IMG/VR virus record: IMGVR_UViG_3300012663_000598
Coordinates: 1 to 24,533 of that record
DNA from: a virus
Lineage: Duplodnaviria > Caudoviricetes
Length of the DNA: 24,533 nucleotides
Reading direction: 5' to 3' (one strand)
Part shown: positions 24,441-24,533 of the stretch, one piece after another
Position numbering within the stretch: position 1 is the first letter of the stretch
Layout of the letters: each line of letters opens with the position of its first letter
Position numbers and translations under genes: made by a program
The notes under the pieces: model-generated
The model's database searches: none
What the model was told of the DNA's origin: nothing
The model's input: only the letters and a program-made list of their open reading frames with translations

Positions 24441-24494
24441 GGTGAGGGGTTCTAACTTTGTTAGGTCGGGGAGGCTTGCGCCTCCCCTTCCCGA

Positions 24495-24533
24495 TTAGTC
24501 TACTAGGTTGAATTGTGTCAGGTCGATGCCGAG
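24495..24533 (-). CDS. Probable 3' end of a gene extending beyond the window (...LGIDLTQFNLVD*)
   Basis: Open frame to a TAA at 24495-24497, followed by a hairpin and a terminator. Only 13 codons are visible. Confidence 0.4.
   Translation of the reverse strand, partial: LGIDLTQFNLVD

Larger units (their letters stand above)
15971..24464. repeat. Dispersed 13-bp palindrome CTAAC-N3-GTTAG, 13 copies
   Basis: Copies start at 15971, 16672, 18628, 21237, 21349, 22316, 23064, 23547, 23762, 23873, 24272, 24367 and 24452. Confidence 0.85.

Noticed and set aside
15971-24464. CTAAC-N3-GTTAG as a host CtrA or LexA box
   Set aside because: It does not match CtrA (TTAA-N7-TTAA), alphaproteobacterial LexA (GTTC-N7-GTTC) or E. 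coli LexA (CTGT-N8-ACAG).
1-24533. tRNA genes, integrase/att sites, introns or inteins
   Set aside because: No cloverleaf, recombinase motif or interrupted polymerase/helicase was recognised by eye; tRNAscan-SE was not run.

Overview
This window is part of a tailed dsDNA phage genome (Caudoviricetes; host not determinable from the sequence). The left end (1-2433, +) is the C-terminal part of a large polyvalent/virion-delivered protein with a PLxRFG-like motif. Everything else is on the minus strand and converges on an intrinsic terminator at about 2432-2460. Read in the direction of transcription (right to left), the window contains: (1) a non-coding control region (about 23850-24490) with 16 GTAAG/CTTAC pentamers around an AT-rich core, a 48-bp direct repeat and a terminator; (2) two near-identical sigma70-type promoters driving small early ORFs and a MoxR-like AAA+ / metallopeptidase-vWA / DUF3150-like module that ends in an orphan BrnA-like RHH gene; (3) a replication and modification block with VRR-NUC, family A DNA polymerase, PD-(D/E)XK nucleases, SAM methyltransferase, glycosyltransferase-like protein, DUF6378 protein, HNH, SNF2-like helicase, SSB-like protein, Cro-like HTH and an AEP primase-DUF927 helicase. 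The most striking non-coding signal is regulatory. At least 8 genes share an exact extended ribosome-binding motif, AGGAGCAAA. The only two opposite-orientation AGGAGCAA copies I found sit in hairpins just 5' of minus-strand terminators (2475-2493, 16673-16700). These RNAs would display an anti-RBS loop, suggesting a phage-encoded antisense small-RNA system acting on many of the phage's own genes. A 13-bp palindrome, CTAAC-N3-GTTAG, occurs 13 times in the early region. All family assignments come from motif recognition by eye, not from database searches.
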